64,000 nucleotides of DNA from Amoebidium appalachense (taxonomy: Eukaryota > Protista > Ichthyosporea): contig CAVNZM010000009.1 of assembly GCA_963693365.1 (NCBI GenBank), positions 5,834,245-5,898,244 on the forward strand. Direction: 5' to 3'. Positions 24,743 to 63,093 of the stretch are shown here, in pieces. Both the position numbers and the translations under genes were made by a program. The notes beneath the pieces were generated by a model. That model was not told where the DNA came from. It made no database searches and saw nothing but the letters and a program-made list of their open reading frames with translations. How positions within the stretch are numbered: position 1 is the stretch's first letter; each line of letters opens with the position of its first letter.

Positions 24743-25535
24743 CCCGTGCCGTAAGCTTTGCGCAAGGTGGGGCAATTCGGACCGGTTCCTTCAACTTGGC
24801 GGGCAGGGGGGGGGGAAAGGCCGGGGGAGGGGAGGGAGAGGGAATGAGGGGGTCCCCATGAAGGTGAGGGGGCGGTTTATGTGAAAAATAAAAGAAGGGA
24901 GGCGTAGGGAGGAGGGAAGGCACACCTTAATCTAGCAGCTTGTAGGAGGTCGGGGGCACAATGCATGAGTGAGGAACAAAGATCTAGAGGCACAACAGTG
25001 ATGAACATTCGGATGATGTATACAACACAGATGTCGTCGAATGAAAGTTGCTCAGGAGCGGAAGATCGTAGAGGTAGGTTGCTCATTTATAGACGGTCGA
25101 AACCCGTGTGCTGCGACCTGCAGCCACAGGAGAAAGAATCACTAATCACTGGACAACATGACCCCAAATGTGAATGGGCATGGCGACCCAGATCTTCTGC
25201 ATGGAGGGAATCACAAACTCGTCTGGTGAAGAAAGTGCTAATCAATCATACGGCACCTTCAGTCTTCACTCTGCCCTTTACCCCCTTGCTCAGCAGGAAG
25301 CTGCTACGGAGCAGTACGCCTATGCATGGGCTCAGAATAGATGGTGTGCAAAATGCAGTTTGGTGAACACTCTACCAGAAGTCACCAAGCGCTTGCACGA
25401 AGGTCTTAGTAAGCTAACTCAGCCGGTCCAGCCAGCCACAAAACGTGTAAGCTATCATTCATGCCATAACAATAATATTTACAAGGGAACACTTTCTAGG
25501 GGTTGAACGTACAACTAATAGTCAGTGCCCCCCTC

Positions 25536-25567
<32 letters not shown>

Positions 25568-25610
25568 CGCCCCCCCTTCTAGGCGGCGCCAGTTAACCTT
25601 AACCAGACGT

Positions 25611-26237
25611 TCAAAGAGCAGCCTCCTCCGCATCACGCTTTTTCCGCGTCATCGTTGATTCGTTATCTGACTCAGCTTGAGTATTTTTCCTGCAGAAAGA
25701 GATTCCAAATACTAAGTGAGGCACAGTACACGAGTTGGGTTATACACTGTCACATGTCTTATTATGGCCTTCAGAACAAAAACAGACACAAAACATCCTT
25801 TTCGTCCGTGAGGTATATATGGGTAGGCAGAAGTAGGGGAGACGGAATAAGATGCGAGCGTGTGAAAAAAGCTCAATTATATCTTGAGGGTAAGAGGTGA
25901 TGGGTAAATGGTGGTTGTGCACGCATGTGCGGTGGAGGAGCGTGTGGTGAGAGGGGAGCCGCTCTGGGCGGAGCCTCGGAAGAGGGGAAGAGGGGGGGGG
26001 GGGGGGGGGGGGAGGGGGGGGGGAAAGGAAGGCCTACTTCGTCTGATCTGAACGGAGCGCATGATTCTGTGAGCGAGCTTGTTGGCCGTCCTTTGCCTGG
26101 TTGTGTCTCTCCGTGGAGGTTAAGGTAGTTCGCAGAAAACGGTGGTTGATGCGCTTGCGTTTCTCATCGCTCCTGGTAGCAGATGAGTGTGAAAAATAGA
26201 TCCACACATGGCATGGAACCCGTACTCTGCCCCCCCC

Positions 26238-26316
<79 letters not shown>

Positions 26317-26899
26317 CCCCTTCCTCCCCCTCAACTCATCTCTTCTCCTCACAACGACCTCCCTGTCAACCCCCCACCTCCCCCTTCCCCCCTCCCCCTC
26401 AAACACGCACACATATTAGAGCGCTTCAATATCTCTCACTACCTTCTCTCTCTACCATAGTTGTTCACTGGTCGACCACCAGATCTGCCCCTTTCCTCAT
26501 AATACTGCCACACCTCACATCTGCATAACTTTAGACGGATATTAACCATCAAGCGGCACTTACCATCCTGTAACACCAAGGTTGGAGGCTCTCTCACTTC
26601 CACGGTTGGCCTCGTCCAGCAGCTGCTTAATGGCCAACCTGCACCGCCGATGTTACCAATAACATGTCAGATGCATGCTCCAGCAGCTGGGAAAGGCAGT
26701 CTGCAGATGCTTGTTGCAGAAGCGAAGGTGCGAGCAAGAAATATGCATTTACGAAGTTGCGACTCTGGGGATGGTGGGTTGGGGCGGCGTTTTTTGTAGG
26801 GGGGCGTGAGGGGAGAGGGGGTGAAGGGGGGGGAGGGGGGATGAAGGGGGGAATGACATGTGGAACTGAGGAGAGAGGAAAAGGTGGAGAGGGGGGGGG

Positions 26900-26930
<31 letters not shown>

Positions 26931-27168
26931 CGGGGACCAAGCGTAGGGTACCTGGGGGGCTAAAGAGGAAAAGGGTGATAAGTGAAAGGGTTCTACTCCA
27001 AAGAAATATGGGAACCTACGCTTCAAGCTCTTTTTCTCTGTCCTGGGCTGCAGTGGCTTGTGGGGTCGCCTCAGCCCCAGATTTTGATTGCTGGTCTGAT
27101 GCAGTATTCTTCTTGTTTTTAGCTTGCTCCTGCCGCGCTTTCTTGGCGGCCCTCAGGGCATCCGCCAT
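25611..27168 (-). CDS. Small protein homologous to vertebrate POLR1D isoform 2 (not the RPAC2 subunit); exons 27168-27020, 26638-26564, 26172-26034 (stop), or 26172-26038 plus 25689-25611
   Basis: Spliced translation ...DREKELEALAIKQLLDEANRGSERASNLGVTGWSDEKRKRINHRFLRTTL... resembles the recalled human isoform-2 sequence ELERKAIEELLKEAKRGKTRAETMGPMGW...TNKRFLINTI. GT-AG introns are in compatible phase. Confidence 0.8.
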
Positions 27169-27653
27169 ACTAACCGCTAGCCGTGCCTCTAGCAATTACT
27201 TTACAGGTGGGTCCTGGGTAGGACTCAACGAACAACATCATATGTACCAACGGAGCGCAACGAAACGAAACTTTCACAGCTCACTGGGCTAATGTTAGCC
27301 GGAGGCTCATCATAAAAGCATAACCATTTGTCGAGAATATCAGGTTTACATTGGTAGTATAACGATTTCAATCGACATTAAACAGTTGTTGTTTTAAAAC
27401 TATACCATTTCACATTCAGAGTATGGTTAGTGGTATTCCTAAAATCTTGACCGGCTTCAAAGTTTTTTTTTTTTTTTTTTTGGTCCACAAGTCACAGTTT
27501 CCACCTTCCACTCCCAGCGCCCTGCGCACTTCAGCTGAATTTTAGTTGAATACCGAGCCCCTTTTTCCTCTTTTACCCAGCTTCTTAGGCTAGAACTTGA
27601 CACAGACCTTCTACCGAGCGCTTGGTGGCAAGCACCCTTTTCAAGCTTCCAAA
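27169..27653. promoter_or_regulatory. Probable bidirectional promoter
   Basis: 485 bp between divergent ATGs (27168 minus, 27654 plus). The interval is AT-richer and free of G/C homopolymers. Confidence 0.55.
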
Positions 27654-53196
<25,543 letters not shown>

Positions 53197-53265
53197 AACA
53201 TGCTAGGTGGTGATGCAAGTATATGTAGGAAGTAAATAATTTAATGGAATTGGTGATTGGCCCGT

Positions 53266-53306
<41 letters not shown>

Positions 53307-53895
53307 TAATATGTGGTTAGGCAGACTTGTGTTTTATTAGGGAGTTTACATTTCTTGCTGCGCAGCATGCATGCGCTCGTGTCATTGATAATCTTTTTGG
53401 GGAAACAAGGTTTTATCCCACTTGTACATGGCTTTTATAACAGCTAGGGCCAATGTTAAACGTTTATGATGGTGGTGGTGTTAAATAAGAAAAGCTGGTA
53501 TGCCCTGCTATCCTATAGGTAACGTATGGAATGTTGTTGGTGGCATGGGTGTGACTGTACCTGAAAAAAAACGAGAACCGGAAGATTCTGAACGTCACGG
53601 TGAACTTTGGTCAGGACTTCAAAAACTTCGTGTCACAGGACTCAAAGTGTTCCGCATGGATCGAGTGCCCTACAAATACATTATTATAATGCATGTTGGT
53701 TCGACGATACTTGGTCTGTGCACTTTCGGGGTCTCCTTTCCCTCCTCTTCAGGAGCGTGTCGTGTCAGTGGGCGGTAGCAGGGGAACATGCGAGAGGTGC
53801 AGAGGCCTAGGACCTGGACCAGGTGCACATGCAAGAAAAACGATTTGATTTTGTGGGTGGGTGGTGTTTTTTTTTTTTTTTTTTTTTTTTTTTGT

Positions 53896-53939
<44 letters not shown>

Positions 53940-54040
53940 ATATGGACATGTATAAATATATATATGGTAGCCTGAATTCGAAGTTGGAGTACTAAATATA
54001 GCTATTCGCACAATCAAATGACACGAGGGTGGAAATTCTC

Positions 54041-57000
54041 TTTTTTTTTATAATGACTTTATTGACATGCTCATGAAAGAGAAGCAAGCCGGAGATATCA
54101 CAGATATCTCAGAGAAGAAAATACAAAAACCCCTACTCATGGATACGGAGGAGATAACGACTCAAATAATCATACACCCTAGAAAACTCGTTAAACATAC
54201 GGTGGTTTAACAGATAGTCAATAGAAGTAATATCAGGATTATCTAAATAAGCTAGTCTTCGAATTTCTAACGGAAGAATCTGAGATAGATAAATACATTT
54301 ATCTAGATGTATGCGAGAAAAAGGTTCTGCACAAAAGTGACACAAACATTTATGGAAACTAAGGTTACAACGCCAAAATAAACATTTCCAAGCAATATCA
54401 CACGAAGGGGTTAGAATGGCAAAATCGGCAACTGATGAAGTGTGGTAGGTTTACGAGAGGAAGGATGAATATAAGTAGCTAATTTACATAACGATTGTAG
54501 AGAAAATAGACGAGTCTCTAATATAAAAAGAAGCACAGGCTCAAGAGTCATACCATGATACTCTTTATCACGACGATGAAGCAAAGGATATTGAGTATGA
54601 ACAACCAAGTAACATACTGCTGATAAATAGGGGAAGAGAAAAATAAAGGAGACAAATATTTGAAAGGATATCTCTGAATGGGAGATAGATTGGGTACAGG
54701 ACATTTCGCACGAACATTAGAAATGGGAACAGCCTGGTCTAAAGAAGGAAAGAATTGCAACAAAGGATGATAAGAAGGAAGCCTAACCAAATGAAAACAA
54801 AAGCGAAGGCCTAACTCATTCATACGCTGACTCGCCGCAGGGAGTCCAAAAACACTCAGCAAAGGAGCCGCCAGAGGATGCCTACGCGAGGTCCGAGAGA
54901 TGAACTGGATGAATTCACGCTGAAAGGAATCGAATTCTCGAAGCGCCGCGCGCTGTTGCCGTGGAGGGGCACACAAGAGTAACGGGAGGCCATATTCGAA
55001 ACATGGATGAAGAAAAACTTTATAAAGAGTGAGCAGATTAGCAGGGTGGACATTAGAAATACTTGCGAAAATGCCTTGATAGATGTGTAAACGACCACGC
55101 GCACGGGAAATGTGCGAAGTCAAAAGGCGCTCAAAGCAAATACCCTTAGAGATGAAAGGAATACCTAAATAGTCATAGGAGGACACAACTGGGATAGGTT
55201 GATTGTTCAAAGTGTAGTGTGCATGGGGAGAAAAGGTGCCGCGTTTATCTATCCCAATTTTCATGAAATTTCGGAAACACCAATCATCTACTCGAGAAAG
55301 CATGGTAGTCATAATAGAAGGATCATGAGTGACTAAAACAATATCATCAGCGAACCAGCCGGAAACACAAGCTGGAGTCGCCTGCAACGGGAAACTGTTG
55401 AATTTCTATCGCTAAGTCGTCAATAAAGACATCAAAAAGGAGGGGACTCAAAAGTGAGCCCTGTAAAAGGCCTCGTGTACGACTGAATCCGTTACTCAGT
55501 ACCCCATTCACAACGGCAGCCCCATGGGTGCGTTTAAATAACGCCTGAAGTAGTCGACCAAAGGGAAGTGGGAGCCCTCGAGTCACCAACTTATGCCAAA
55601 GCAAATTCGTCGGAACCGTGTCGTAGGCATTCTTAGGGTCGATGAAGCAAACCTCGCGACATCCCGAACGGATAGTGTCGTGTAAAGGAAGAGCATGAGT
55701 ATAGCACGAATAAGCATGCCGAAACCCGCCCTGAATGTTGCTTAATCGAAATACATTGGATAAGGTCTCATGCTTGTGGAAGGCGCGCAATATGCAGGAC
55801 TCGAATAGGCAACGAAATATGTTGGTTAAGATGACCGGCCGAAAAGAAGAAATCACCAGTAGAGACCTTCTTGCGGATTGGATTAACAAGAGTGTCATTC
55901 CACGACGGAGGAATGAAGCCCAACTCATAAAAGGCGGAGAAGAACTCGCTCACTAAATATGCAAACGGTGGAGGAGGAGGCTGTTGGAGTGCAGACTTAC
56001 GCTCACTCCACAATATGTGTATGTTAGCTTTACAATTGGTTCCGTGTACACAGACACACGCTGACACTCGATCACCACATGCACATCTGCATAGTTGAGG
56101 AATGTTGCCAATTGTGTTTTGACTGCAAACGATTGGTTCACTGGTCCCAGAGATCTCTAAACGAAAGTAACCAATCCGATTAGCGCCTGGCATCCGGATT
56201 ACATTCCAGACTGCTGCCCCACGGGTATATAAGCCACGTCTCTGCCAGGTGCAGACATGGAGTTCAGCCATGGAGTTAACACACTGAAAGCTGTAAAAAA
56301 ACGGGTCAGCGCCCAAGCGCGCCACGACGACCCTAGTCACAGCGGACTCTACTTCCAACAGGGTTATGGGCCCAGACACGACACCGCGGCCTCTAACTTC
56401 ACGTCCCATACGACGCCTTGAACGGAGGAGCCAGAAACCGACTTCTAGGCTGTACCCTACACCCGCGAGTGTATTTCCGTGAAGTAGAGACTTTCGCTTC
56501 CACAAACTCCATCCGCAGCAGCCTGCGACATCAACGTCAAGTATTCCACTTCATTGGCGGGGCACGCACCACAGTGGAATGCACACCCCGGTCTACCCTG
56601 CAAGCAGCCACACTCACTCTCTCTTCTCTAGTGGTGTGTACACTTCTCCAATTGGGTAGGGGTGTTGGAGTGCAGACTTACGCTCACTCCACAATATGTG
56701 TATGTTAGCTTTACAATTGGTTCCGTGTACACAGACACACGCTGACACTCGATCACCACATGCACATCTGCATAGTTGAGGAATGTTGCCAATTGTGTTT
56801 TGACTGCAAACGATTGGTTCACTGGTCCCACTGGCAGAGATCTCTAAATGAAAGTAACCAATCCGATTAGCGCCTGGCATCCGGATTACATTCCAGACTG
56901 CTGCCCCACGGGTATATAACCCACGTCTCTGCCAGGTGCAGACATGGAGTTCAGTCATGGAGTTAACACACTAAAAGCAGTAAAAAAACGGGTCAGCGCC

Positions 57001-57775
57001 CAAGCGCGCCACGACGACCCTAGTCACAGCGGACTCTACTTCCAACAGAGGCGTATTCCGGGACCCGCCTCAGTGGTAATAACGGGCGGAGGGCACAATG
57101 CCTTAAAAAGGGCGGGTGGAAGAGCATCCGGACCACATGCCTTTTTGGGTTTTAGGACAGAAATAGCACGTTGAACGTGCGCAGCATTAAGATAGCTCAA
57201 AAATTCGCCTGGAAATGAAGAATCAATCGGCCAGGAGGGTGGTGTGGAGAGTAAAGAATGTGAAGGGTGCGTGGAAGGAGCAGAGTTTAGGTGGAATAAT
57301 TCCAAATCGGAATAATAGTCATCGGTGGAAGTGATGGTGTCGGTGTTTATCAGGACTACATGTAATAATGATGGAAGGGCCAAAATGGCCTAGACTCTTG
57401 AGAGTAGAAATACAAGAATCACGGTGGGAAAGCGTTTGGCCTAAGTGGTCTAAGGTAAGAGATGGTCGTAACCGAACATAGGGATATTCGACACTACCGA
57501 CAACACTATCACCTAATTCAAATAGAAAATTAACAGGAAGAGAATAACATACCTCAACAGGCTATATACGGGTCCCTCCGCTGTCGAGCATTCTGCACGG
57601 CCTGGCAGGAGGGTGAGGTGAATCTCCTTATAATTATAGGCATTTTGAATTCTAAGCCGATTGAGTTCACTGTGGCACTCTTAAATTTGCGAGCAACTTG
57701 AATAAGGCGTTTAGTTACACGAACAGTGTGTGAAACAGGAGTGGAAATTTGAATGACAATAGGCTTGTGACATAT
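54041..57775 (-). mobile_element. Degenerate non-LTR retrotransposon (LINE) with fragmented reverse transcriptase ORF
   Basis: KKACGPDALP, IPPSWN, FRPVIL, QGGFR, FIDPKNAYDTV, RGLLQGSLLSPLLF, WFADDIVL, YDYLGI, C-terminal CHFC-x7-H-x3-C. AATAAA plus an A tail at 54063-54041. HKPIVI near 57770 may be the end of an APE domain. Multiple frameshifts. Confidence 0.9.
55982..57047 (+). mobile_element. TRIM-like non-autonomous LTR retroelement (LTRs 55982-56360 and 56663-57047)
   Basis: Two near-identical LTRs TGTTGGA...TCCAACA, 5-bp TSD GAGGC (55977-55981, 57048-57052), PBS GGTTATGGGCCCAG (56362-56375), [12 protein letters not shown] (56654-56662), and a 302 bp non-coding interior. Confidence 0.95.
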
Positions 57776-58648
57776 ACTAATCCGTCTCAGCAGATTAGCC
57801 TAAGTCTACGATCGAGATCGGGGGGGGGGGGGGGGGGGGGGGGGGGTGGCCCGGGTCCACAGATCATCAAGATCAAGTCCGGGGCCTCAAGATAGCTGTA
57901 CAGCTGCGTGCATCTTGCCTCTGCCGGCGCAGGGCATTGGACCACGTCAGCCGGGGCAGCCGACCAATAGAATTCTAATTAGTGTGTAGGATAGATCGTA
58001 GGAGGACTTAGGAATGTGATTGTTCGGGCAGAAGCCCTTTTGTAAGTATTGGCAAGGTTTGATAGTGTATGTTGCCAAACGTATTTATATATTTAGATGT
58101 AGACTCTGAAAGGGGGGAGGGAGGGGGGGGGGGAGGATAGTATGAAATGTAGATTTAGACTCTGCGGTGCCACTAGGGGGAGGGTGAGGGGTGAGACATG
58201 GATAAATATATTAGTTGTCAATGAGTAGATCGACTTAGCTCGTGCAGGCGCACGATAAAAGTAGATCGGAATGTTTGGAATGTGGCATCGTAGGGGGCCA
58301 GGTGATGATGATCTTTGAGGGCACGGCCTTGATGGCCTCAGTTGTAACTTAGTCTCATTCCGTACGGATCTAAGTTTGCCCGTCGGAGCCTGGTCTGAAT
58401 AAACTTTACCGTTTTTCCGTACACGTTCGTTCCTTTTCGTGTGTGTACACTTAGTAGAGTGCCGCGTCTCTAGTACATACACAATAGGATACGACAAGCT
58501 ACACCTTTCTTTTAGTGCGGTTTCTCGCGCTAGGGTAACGCGGTGACAGTTCCTTCTGGGCTGTTGCTACACCTCAAACACACAAAAAAAAAAAAAAAAA
58601 AAAAAAAAACATAAACACAACCACACGAGTTCGGGCACACACCACACA

Positions 58649-59993
58649 ATGGCTAAGTTTAACGTAGACATGTTCTACGCATTGGCAGCGGAGGATAGCT
58701 CCCTGCACACACAGGTACCACAGGTTCATACACTAGACGTTAGACAGACCACAGCTTTCAGTTTTACACTCAAACACGACTCGGAAATACCTAGGTGGCT
58801 TAGGACACTCCTAGCTAACACACCCACACTAGTGTTAGACACAAAGAAGGCCCCCACTGTGGCGGCCTCGTGCTTAATGATCAAGCAGTGCATCGACCAC
58901 AAGACTATGGCCGACCTATGCACCCTGATGGAGGAGCACCCGTACCGGGCCGAGCAGGCCCCCCAGGTGACGGCTCGTATATACGAGCAGCAGTACGACG
59001 AGGGGAGGGACGAGATGGTGTCCCCGGACGCTCGGCCAGAAACGTCTGGCCGCACGGTTCATCCCCGACGACGAGGACGAGAACAGCACCGACGACGTGG
59101 ACGGGGAGCTCGAGGCCTTCACACGGCCGGAAAGCGAGCTCGAGTATACGGCCCGGCTCGTCGGCCGATACCTGACGGCCGACCGGCGCCGTACCTTCAG
59201 GGCCCAGCTCAGAGAATGGAAGTATACCTTTCCCACTTTAGATATGTCCCCCGTAGAAGCTCGTGCATTCTTTGAGAGGGAATATCGGGTCTTGGAAGAC
59301 CTTTGTGAGTTAGCTGGTGACGTGAGTGATAGGGAAAAATTCGAGTTTGCTCGTAAGGCTCTCTCTGTAAATACAGACACTGCACGCATGTTTGGGGAGC
59401 ATGATGATGTAGATGAGGTGGTGTTGCATGTTAAACGTCACTTGCTTGCCATGCACGAGGTTAAGTTCAATAAGAGGGATAAAAAGGAGGTGATGGAAGT
59501 AGACAAGAGAAAGAAGGAGAGTGGACAGAAGGGGGAAAAAGAGAAAAAAGAGGGTGAACAGCCAGATGCACTCACCATGTTGGTCAAGCAGGTTGCCGAG
59601 CTCTCCCAGGCCGTCTTTTCTGGCCGAGGGGGCTTCGGCTTCCGGGGTGGCCGTGGCGGCGACCGGGGTGGACACGGCGGTCGTGGCCGAGGTGGACGTG
59701 GAGGACAACAGCAGCAGTTCACCGAGAGGTTTGCCCCTTATCTTGCTCGGGGTGGTGGGCAGGGTAGAGGGAGGGGTGGAAATGGTGGTGAGAGAGGCCG
59801 AGGGGGGCACTGGGGGGGAAGGGGGGGCCGTGGTGCACACGGTGGGCCCCCCCAGCATGACCGGGCTCCCGGTTATGCTTTGCGCCAAGGTTTTGAAGTC
59901 CCCCCTGGCCCCTTCTTTGGTGCATGTTACTTTTGTGGCCGGCAAGGGCACTCTGCTGCATATTGCCGTAGTTACATTGTCAAGAGCTATTGA
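58649..59993 (+). CDS. gag: Retrotransposon Gag (frameshifted near 59050) with RGG tract and CCHC zinc knuckle
   Basis: ORFs 58649-59275 and 59097-59993 overlap. CYFCGRQGHSAAYC fits C-x2-C-x4-H-x4-C. Confidence 0.8.
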
Positions 59994-60574
59994 GTTCCGG
60001 GGGAGGGGGAAGCTGGGGTCACAGAGGGAGGGGGGGGGGACAGTATCGGTCCCCCCCAGGTTGCAGAGAACCTTCACCCTCCCCCACCCCAGGTTAAGCT
60101 TCCCTTTGCCCCCTCACCGCCCCGATACGTGTGGGAGCCGGGCATCGTCGTGGGTCCTCAAGACAGCGTCGAGGTGGTATGGCATGAATGTTTGTGGGGT
60201 GACTCTACCAAAGGTATGAATGGTGTGAATGTTTTGTGGTTGGGGGAGGTTCCCCAGCCACAAGTGGATGGTCTCAGTGTTTCTTGTCCCAACCCGGTGT
60301 TTGTTCTAACCACACCGGAGGGGGTTTCTGTGCCATTGTTTCCGGGGGGGGGGGGGGGGGGACACACACGAGTAAAGGGGGAAGGGGGGGGAAGGCACAG
60401 ACACGTAGAAACACACCACCACAACAACATACGACGGTTGCAGACACACCTACACCCACACACACACCCACACATACACCAAACACACACACACCACCCA
60501 CCCACACATCACACACACACACTCCACCACCACCCACACCACATACACACCCCACCCCACCCGTGCAGGCACCA

Positions 60575-61742
60575 CAGGTAGGTATGTTGCACGTAGGTAT
60601 CGAGGGTGTGAGTCTTCGTGGGCAGGGATTGGGTGTGAGTGATGATGTGTTGCTTGAATTGGAGGAGGATTTAGTTGGTTTTAGCCGGCATTATATAGAC
60701 GTACGGTTAGCTGATGGTAAGTTGAAGGCTGTAACAGTTGCTTTGCTCGATGGAGGGGCTCAGGTTAATTGTGTGCATGCTTCGTTTATTCGTCGTTTTA
60801 ATCAGGCCGGGGGGGAAATTCCTATTTTAGATGCTTCTAGCACAGCCTTAGGTAGTGCTAATAATAGTAGTATGTCTGTGGAAGGTGTTTGTGTGTTGCC
60901 GTGTGAGATAGGTGGCCAGGCTATGCACATTGCTTGTTATGTGGTTAAGGATTTAGCTCAAAGTGTTTTGTTGGGAGCCCCATTTTTCCGTAGACATGTG
61001 AATGCTTTGTTTGAACGTACGAATGTTTTAGAATTGCAGTCCGGCGTTAAAATTAAAACCCATGATGGGCTCGACGGTTATCAGTCTGGTGCTAGAACGG
61101 TAGCTGAAGTAGTAATCGAGCCTTATCAGTGCCAAACGGTACGTGTCCGAGCCGGCAATCACTTTAGGATAGGGGATTTAGGGGTTTTTACTCCGAAAAC
61201 CCCATTTCAGGAGGTGGCCCAATGGACCCTTAGTAGGGTATGGCCGGATAAGACAATAGAAATAGAATTAGTGAATCCGGGCATCGAGCCTATAGTGATT
61301 AGGTCAGGTGTTTCCGTCGGTAGTTTCACTAATGAGATTGGTAGTATAGAGGTCTCTCTTATTACCCAAAAGGAGGATGCCGGCTCGAAGGGTGACTCAG
61401 GAGGAGGGGGAACAACTTTACTTAACGTTAGCCACCAAAATGTCACCCGACACGATTGGGGGGGGGACCGGGACAGCACCGGTCCCACTCCCCCGACCCC
61501 CAAGAGGAAGGAGGGTCACCCCGGGTGTGAGAATGTGCAGGCAAGGGGGGAGGGTGTTGGTCTAACCCGTGGATCTGACGGGTTAACCACCACCGTGGGG
61601 GGCAGGGTGGCCACAGACCTGGCCCCCCACATACATGCACTAACTCATCAGGAATTGCCCGGGGGCATGGGTGTGCCGGGGGGAGGGGGGGGTGCTAAGG
61701 GTGACCGCCTATATCCGGAGGTACCTCAACCTCACCCTGAGC
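60575..61742 (+). CDS. Ty3/gypsy-like Pol N-terminus: aspartic protease plus following beta-rich domain, interrupted by a copia LTR
   Basis: VALLDGGAQVNCV...VLLGAPFF retropepsin pattern downstream of gag. No RT or integrase before the junction at 61743. Confidence 0.75.
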
Positions 61743-62667
61743 TGTTGAATTGTATAAGTATTTGGGATGAAAGCAGAGACACAGTGGTGCAGTATAAAAA
61801 CACCACAGACACACACAACAACAAAGCACGGAACGATCGGAGCAGTGTACACAACAGACATCAATGTTTAGACACGACTGAACTGAATTTATTCTGATCT
61901 TCGAATAAATACCTGAAATTCCTCTAAGTCCAATCCATACATGATTTCCGACCAGTCGGAAATCAGATCTATCTCTAATAGAAACCAATCACTAAGAACC
62001 AATTGCTTTCAGAGAGATCCGGTACGCGGAGGCGTACACGATAGGACACAGACACTAGTTAAGGTCAACTCGTGTCATCATCAAGGAAGTTCTAACCTAT
62101 GACATACTGCAAAGACTCAGACATATCACACTTAACCTTGATGATTGGTTAAAGCCCGGCAACACATGAAAACTAAAGTAAATTAATGAAGTCTAAACAC
62201 ACATGCTATTCTAAGTGTAGCCTAAGTGTGTTACCGTCCAATGAACACGTATTAAGTAACACAAATTTACCTAACATATATTAGTAGAAAAGAAATACGA
62301 TTATACACATGAAGACAAGGAGAGAAAGAAAAGAAAATAAGGAAGGAGAAAGAGGAAGGAAAAGAGAGCACAGATCAACAAACAAGATAGTAATAGCATA
62401 ACTATAACCAGAGATATTTATGTACACACGAACATGTACACGTCTCTCCATGAGTGGGTGGATCCGTGTACACACATATAAATATTCTAATCGATATTAC
62501 AACACACGATTAAAGCCGATACAACACGATTACAAGTATACAAGCATATCGGAGATCGATGCTACACTTTACATAATAGGAGTGTGGCATTTACACTAAG
62601 CATATGAACTGAAACATAACACAAACTGAGAAGATCTTACCATATGTAAATACTACGTATTACAACA
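61743..62667 (-). mobile_element. 3' LTR (about 925 bp) of the Ty1/copia element
   Basis: Bounded by TGTTG (61743) and CAACA (62667). Immediately preceded on the minus strand by purine tract AAGTGGGGA. Composition shifts at 61743. The left boundary is inferred without the partner LTR. Confidence 0.7.
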
Positions 62668-63093
62668 TCCCCACTTAAGACTTTGAAGTTTGTGTTATCA
62701 TATCCCCACTGCCAGTGAACTAGTGAAATCTCCCCACTTGAGAACAGAAACGGAAAGAAAAAAAAAAAAAATTAAAGTGTGTACTTTTCCGGGGGGGGGG
62801 GGGGGGGGGGGAGGGGGGAGAGGGGGGGGGAGGGGGGGGGAAGGGGGGGGAAGGGGGGGGGGGGGGGGGGGAAGGGAACCGGGGCAAAAACAACGAATAT
62901 GTATAACGTGTATAGTCGGGGTTTGATTAACTGGGTTTTAAACCAGTGAAAGATAGAGTAGAGTCATGGTACAGGTCAAACCTTATATAAAAACCCTAAG
63001 TGGGCATACCCACAAAGGCAATATACATATGAAATAATGATTATGATAAAGTAAGTAGTAAACATTAGAAAATCACTCTTGAAGTAGGACGGG

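Noticed and set aside
57790-58550. 5' LTR of the gypsy-like element
   Set aside because: The position is plausible, but matching TG...CA termini, a PBS and the partner LTR could not be identified.
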